Origin: an uncultured Flavobacteriaceae bacterium
Lineage (GTDB): Bacteria > Bacteroidota > Bacteroidia > NS11-12g > UBA955
DNA: 64,000 nucleotides
NCBI GenBank assembly: GCA_964475595.1
Contig: CAYYXG010000003.1
Coordinates: forward strand, 42,420 to 106,419
Direction of reading: 5' to 3'
This document shows positions 59,459-64,000 of the stretch, piece by piece. The notes below the pieces were generated by a model. It had not been told where the DNA came from. It saw nothing but the letters and a program-made list of their open reading frames with translations, and made no database searches. Both the position numbers and the translations under genes were made by a program. Numbering within the stretch: position 1 is the stretch's first letter; each line of letters starts with the position of its first letter.

Positions 59459-60862
59459 TTGTTTATTGCTTGCATCCAACACCATATGATAAAAACTTTC
59501 TATTCGATTTTTCTTGGGTTTATGGGTATTGCTGCAGTTAATGCACAAATCAATCCTGCCATCACATCTTGGCTAATCAATAATAACGGGGCAAAAGGCA
59601 TGCATTATGCCAAAGGCAATAGCACGCCCATTCAGGATAATGATTCTGTGAATGTGCAAACGGTTTTATACTCCAATAACAATGTGTATATCAGAACCAA
59701 GGGCATTCCGTCTTACATAACCGGTCCGTTTTTGGATGGAAATCCTTCATTGGCTACAAGTCAGTCGGCCATTTTTAAATTTACCTTAAATCCTGTAAAA
59801 AATACGGGTACACCAAAGGCTACAACAGGCGGCAATATTGGTGTTTTTATTAATGGAGTAGCGTTATTTGATTATCGCGATGGCGTGGCATGGAATTCTA
59901 CCAGCAACGCACTTTGCGGGGGGCCAGGAAATCCGCCATGCCCCGGAGGCCCTACAGCTGTTATGGATTGGAACCGTGATGCGATTGTGGCGGAAAGGGC
60001 AGGTTTTGACTGTGCAAAAGGCCATCCTGCCATGGGCAATTATCATCATCATCAGAATCCCTCGGCGTTCAAGCTGGATAAAAATGTGCTTTCTACCATT
60101 TGTAATTTATATGATGCGGATGGACTTTATGTAATTGACAGCAGCAAACATTCACCACTCATTGGCTTTGCATATGATGGTTTCCCGATCTATGGAGCAT
60201 ATGGCTATAAAAACACCGATGGAACAGGCGGAATTACGCGCATAAAATCTGGCTACAGTTTAAGGAACATTGCGGTTAGAAATACCAGTCCCACCGGGCA
60301 AGCCGTTACCTCGGGTCCCAATGTCAGCAGCACTTATCCTTTGGGCTATTTTCGTGAAGATTATGAATTCATCGCCCATCCATCAGACCCGGATTACCTG
60401 GATGCCAGCAATGGCAGATTTTGTATTACCCCGGAATATCCGAATGGAACCTATGCCTATTTTGCAACGGTTGACGCCAACTGGAATTCGGCCTATCCTT
60501 ACGTTGTAGGTCCCACTTTTTACGGTGTTTATTCAAATGCCAAAGTAACTTCAATTACTGAGAACGTTACTGAATATAAACCCAGCACCAACGGTGCAAA
60601 AAGAACATTGAATGAAGGTTCGTGGTCTGTTTTCCCCAATCCGGGTAATGAATTCATTGCTGTTCAATTGGGTGGGCTTAACCGGGATAAAGTTGAACTG
60701 CAATTACTTGGTTCCAACGGTAAAACTATTCAATCATCGAAAATTGAGCCCGGCTCTACAGTGGCCTGGTTTGATGTAAGGACCCTGTATAGCGGAACAT
60801 ATATCGTTCGAGCCATTTGTGGCGATGCAGTAAGCACCCAAAAGGTAGTATTGGTAAAATAA
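59459..60862 (+). CDS. YHYH-motif protein with T9SS type-A C-terminal sorting domain
   Basis: 467 aa. The likely start is at 59486 (MIKTFYSIFLGFMGIAAVNAQ, signal peptide). His-rich GHPAMGNYHHHQNP and GFAYDGFPIYGAYGY blocks. C-terminal CTD WSVFPNPGNEFIAVQ...SGTYIVRAI. Confidence 0.7.
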   Translation: MFIACIQHHMIKTFYSIFLGFMGIAAVNAQINPAITSWLINNNGAKGMHYAKGNSTPIQDNDSVNVQTVLYSNNNVYIRTKGIPSYITGPFLDGNPSLATSQSAIFKFTLNPVKNTGTPKATTGGNIGVFINGVALFDYRDGVAWNSTSNALCGGPGNPPCPGGPTAVMDWNRDAIVAERAGFDCAKGHPAMGNYHHHQNPSAFKLDKNVLSTICNLYDADGLYVIDSSKHSPLIGFAYDGFPIYGAYGYKNTDGTGGITRIKSGYSLRNIAVRNTSPTGQAVTSGPNVSSTYPLGYFREDYEFIAHPSDPDYLDASNGRFCITPEYPNGTYAYFATVDANWNSAYPYVVGPTFYGVYSNAKVTSITENVTEYKPSTNGAKRTLNEGSWSVFPNPGNEFIAVQLGGLNRDKVELQLLGSNGKTIQSSKIEPGSTVAWFDVRTLYSGTYIVRAICGDAVSTQKVVLVK

Positions 60863-60890
60863 GCCTTTCAATAGCCCTATATTCGCAATC

Positions 60891-62327
60891 ATGCGAACAT
60901 GGCTATTATGTTTCTTTTCATTATCCGTCAGCGCCCAGGCGCAGGTAGATTCCGCTTTTTTTCATCGAGTTTTCACCGAGGCACTGGAAAATGGCCATGC
61001 CTATGCGCGATTGGGTGAGTTGTGTAAAACCATAGGTGCGCGTCTTTCAGGGAGTCCGCAGGCCGACAAAGCCGTGGCTTGGGGTAAACAGATGCTATCA
61101 TCTTATGGGTTTGATTCTGTATTCCTACAGCCGGTCATGGTTCCAAAATGGGAGAGAAGCAAGACAGAAGCGTTGTGGTTTTCATCCAAAGTATTCAATA
61201 CGGCTATACTAAATCAAAAGCAGCAGGATTTTAATTGTGAAGCGTTTGAAGAGCTGCCTTTAAAACCCCTGAAAAACCATAAAATCCCTGCAGTTGCTTT
61301 GGGCGGTTCTGTTGCCACAAACGGCAAGATAAAAGGCACATTGGTTAGCATTGATAATGATAAACAGCTTGATAGTCTGGGGAAACTGGGTATGCTGAAG
61401 GGGAAAATTATACTGCTGAACAGGCCTTTCCCGGAATCATACATCAATACGTTTAAGGCTTACGGGGCCTGTGTAGGCCAACGCGTTCAGGGTGCTTCAA
61501 AAGCAGCTTCCTTCGGCGCCATGGCCGTTTTAGTACGTAGTATGAGCAATCGATGCGATTTGCACGCCCATACCGGGGTGATGATTTATGATGAAAAACA
61601 GCCCAAAATTCCTGCCATGGCAGTGGCTACGGCTGTTGCCAATTTGCTTGAAAGGCTTGCGAATACAGACCCGGAATTAACCGTAACCATGGAATTGGGT
61701 TGCCGTACCTTACCCGATGCACCTTCGGCCAATGTGATAGCCCAGACCAGAGGTAATAAGCACCCAGATAAAATCATTGCGTTTGGCGGCCATTTCGATA
61801 GTTGGGATCAAGGCGAAGGTGCGCACGATGATGGGGCGGGATGCATGCATGCTTTTGAAGCGTTGCGGTTGTTAAAAGCCATCGGATATCAACCACGACA
61901 TTCGCTTCGCTGTGTTTGGTGGATGAATGAGGAGAATGGATTGCGCGGTGCCAATGAATACGCTTCTGTTGCCGACAAAAACAAAGAGGTACATATTGCT
62001 GCACTGGAAAGTGACAGAGGCGGTTTTACCCCCAGGGGATTTGGCATTGATTCAGCATTTATGCCCGTTGCCATGAAATACCAAACCTTGTTGGACGCCT
62101 ATGGCATTGGCGCGCTTGAGAAGGGTGGGGGCGGTGCTGATATTGGTCCCATTCGCAAAGGCAATACCAATGCTGTACTGGTGGGTTTTATTCCGGATTC
62201 ACAGCGGTATTTTGATGTGCATCATTCAGAAACCGATGTGTTTGAAAGTGTTAATAAACGGGAATTACATCTGGGTGCGGCTGCTGTAGCGGTGATGATT
62301 GCCATCCTCGATCAGGAACTGGATTAG
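60891..62327 (+). CDS. M28 family zinc peptidase (PA domain-containing aminopeptidase-like), secreted
   Basis: 478 aa. Signal peptide. Metal-ligand contexts GGHFDSW, HDDGAGC, NEENGLRG typical of M28. Confidence 0.8.
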   Translation: MRTWLLCFFSLSVSAQAQVDSAFFHRVFTEALENGHAYARLGELCKTIGARLSGSPQADKAVAWGKQMLSSYGFDSVFLQPVMVPKWERSKTEALWFSSKVFNTAILNQKQQDFNCEAFEELPLKPLKNHKIPAVALGGSVATNGKIKGTLVSIDNDKQLDSLGKLGMLKGKIILLNRPFPESYINTFKAYGACVGQRVQGASKAASFGAMAVLVRSMSNRCDLHAHTGVMIYDEKQPKIPAMAVATAVANLLERLANTDPELTVTMELGCRTLPDAPSANVIAQTRGNKHPDKIIAFGGHFDSWDQGEGAHDDGAGCMHAFEALRLLKAIGYQPRHSLRCVWWMNEENGLRGANEYASVADKNKEVHIAALESDRGGFTPRGFGIDSAFMPVAMKYQTLLDAYGIGALEKGGGGADIGPIRKGNTNAVLVGFIPDSQRYFDVHHSETDVFESVNKRELHLGAAAVAVMIAILDQELD

Positions 62328-62365
62328 TTCCGATTTTTTTGGAAAATGGTTAAAAATGTTGTATC

Positions 62366-63451
62366 TTAGTATTTAAGTAGCCGCTCCACTACTTTTTTAC
62401 CCTTATCGTCTTCATATTCTACCCAATAAATCCCTCCCGGCAGGTGCTGAATATTCATTTCACCTAAGTTGTCCGGAATAATGTTGTCAATCAATCTACC
62501 CGTCGGATTATAAAAACCGCAGTGACTGCCGGGTTTGCTGTTATGAAGATGCAATTTGTCTTTGGCTGGGTTAGGAATAAGTCCATGTCCTTTGGGTTGC
62601 GGCCGGTTTGTTTTTGTGGTGGGTAAAATCAATTCAAAAACTGCGGCACTATCGCCACTATATGCCTCACCACTAAAAAGTATGCTGCCGCTGTTACTGA
62701 AGCAAATGGTTTCTACTTGTCTGGTCCCGGTGTAAACAAGCGAAAAGGTTTTCCCTGTTCCGTGCTGTATCCGGCCATTCTTCATTTCGCATGTGTAAAT
62801 GAGGGGAGTGAGTGAAAATTGCAGGTTGGGTACATAACCGCACAACAGTAACTGCTGATTGTGGTAATGTGCGCCTGTTACCCAGAATGGGGGCTGCACG
62901 GTGTCGCAGACCTGCGCGATGTAAGTTCCCGCGTTTACCGGTAAAGAATAGACACGGCAGTTTCCGGAAGATTTGCTTTTGCTGAATAGGTACAAGGAGT
63001 CGGCTGTCGCAACTATGGCTTCGCAATCGTAATTGGTGAATGTGCTTGATGTAAAGTCGGTCTGATCTGCGTAGCTGAAGGAAATAACTTCGGGCATTAC
63101 ATTGCTTTTACCCAGGCTATCTGACGTGAATTTTAATATTTTCAGGTCTTTTCGGGTGCCGTTATTGTTGCCAAAATCGCCCACGAAAAAATGGGTGGCA
63201 TTTGTGGCCATGTCTTCCCAGTCGGTATTGGGTTTTAGAAGGATGGTAGTGTCAATGATTTTCCCCTTGGCATTCAGTTCAAAAATCATGGCGGGCGATC
63301 CTCCGTCTCCATGGGCAAAGTAGCGTTTTTGCCACGTGGTCATTCCACTAATTTCGGTGAGTGGAGCTGCCAGGTTAAACCATTTCTGTATGGTTTGTGC
63401 AGACAATGTAAAAATAGCCGTAAAGTGCAGTAATAGCAGGGTAAATCTCAT
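62366..63451 (-). CDS. Secreted hypothetical protein with T9SS type-A C-terminal sorting domain
   Basis: 361 aa. Signal peptide MRFTLLLLHFTAIFTLSAQ. The C-terminal GLIPNPAKDKLHL...LPGGIYWVEYEDDKGK is a T9SS CTD. Confidence 0.7.
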   Translation of the reverse strand: MRFTLLLLHFTAIFTLSAQTIQKWFNLAAPLTEISGMTTWQKRYFAHGDGGSPAMIFELNAKGKIIDTTILLKPNTDWEDMATNATHFFVGDFGNNNGTRKDLKILKFTSDSLGKSNVMPEVISFSYADQTDFTSSTFTNYDCEAIVATADSLYLFSKSKSSGNCRVYSLPVNAGTYIAQVCDTVQPPFWVTGAHYHNQQLLLCGYVPNLQFSLTPLIYTCEMKNGRIQHGTGKTFSLVYTGTRQVETICFSNSGSILFSGEAYSGDSAAVFELILPTTKTNRPQPKGHGLIPNPAKDKLHLHNSKPGSHCGFYNPTGRLIDNIIPDNLGEMNIQHLPGGIYWVEYEDDKGKKVVERLLKY

Positions 63452-64000
63452 GGCATAAACACATTTTTACCACCAATGTAGGTGTATTTCACTTTCGCCT
63501 TTTTGAGTGCTTTTTCGGGCGCCACCATCAAATCGGTATTTAGCACCACAAAATCCGCAAATTTGTTGGGCTCCAATGAACCCTTGTCATTTTCCTCCCG
63601 GTTGGCATAGGCCGCCCAAAGTGTCATGCCCAGCAATGCCTGTTTACGTGTGAGTGCACCCTCGGGCTGAAAGGGTGCTTTTACATTGCCCGCAGCATCT
63701 TTTCGGGTTACAGCACTGTAAAAAGTCTTGATGGGTGAAATGTCTTCTACCGGAAAATCAGTGCCCAAAGCCACCATCCCTGCCTGTTTGCATAGCTCGG
63801 CGTAGTTGTAGGCGCCTTGCAGTCTGTTTTCACAAATTCGCGTAGCAGCCCAGGGGGCATCGCTGGTGGCGTGGGTGGGTTGAACGCTGGGTACAACTCC
63901 ATATTTTCCAAATAGGTTGAAGTCTTTAGGGTCTACAATCTGTGCGTGTTCAATGCGCCATCTCAGCCCTTCATTGTAGTTTCTCAGTTTGCCAAATGTT
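63448..64000 (-). CDS. Amidohydrolase family (YtcJ-like metal-dependent hydrolase), C-terminal part; gene continues past the window end
   Basis: The in-frame minus-strand translation continues upstream of the listed Met to the window edge (...ATSDAPWAATRICENRLQGAYNYAELCKQAGMVALGTDFPVED...), typical of amidohydrolase-3 C-termini. Confidence 0.7.
   Translation of the reverse strand, partial: TFGKLRNYNEGLRWRIEHAQIVDPKDFNLFGKYGVVPSVQPTHATSDAPWAATRICENRLQGAYNYAELCKQAGMVALGTDFPVEDISPIKTFYSAVTRKDAAGNVKAPFQPEGALTRKQALLGMTLWAAYANREENDKGSLEPNKFADFVVLNTDLMVAPEKALKKAKVKYTYIGGKNVFMP

Overview
This is a gene-dense chromosomal segment of about 64 kb. There are essentially no long non-coding stretches, and I found no rRNA, CRISPR array, integrase, transposase or other mobile-element signature. 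Protein content points to a Bacteroidota genome (Chitinophagia/Sphingobacteriia-like): six proteins end in type IX secretion system (T9SS) C-terminal sorting domains (one type B at 5012-9610, five type A), and a DUF1599 / DoxX-MauE / ABC-permease module is present. Core genes recognised by direct reading of the translations are ilvE, clpX, clpP, tig, tRNA-Leu(UAG), guaB, ppk1, pyrG, udk, pyk, acpP, fabF, rnc, aroK, holA and the phenylacetate-CoA epoxidase genes paaABCD with a TetR regulator. Accessory content worth a second look is listed below in the order I rate it. (1) A translationally coupled MbnP-like / di-haem cytochrome c peroxidase pair followed by a T9SS-secreted YHYH-motif protein, a candidate secreted copper/redox system. 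(2) A T9SS cargo gene embedded inside the paa operon between paaA and paaB. (3) A 1532-aa cysteine-rich T9SS type-B surface protein with an N-terminal region I do not recognise. (4) An ECF sigma factor coupled to a membrane-anchored protein with a porin-like beta-barrel C-terminus in place of a classical anti-sigma domain. (5) A tight guaB-SLOG/DprA-like-EEP phosphoesterase-ppk1 same-strand cluster. (6) Tandem paralogous lipoproteins of unknown function. All calls are from reading the six-frame translations and the raw sequence. I ran no database search, so family names rest on remembered motifs, stated in each evidence field.
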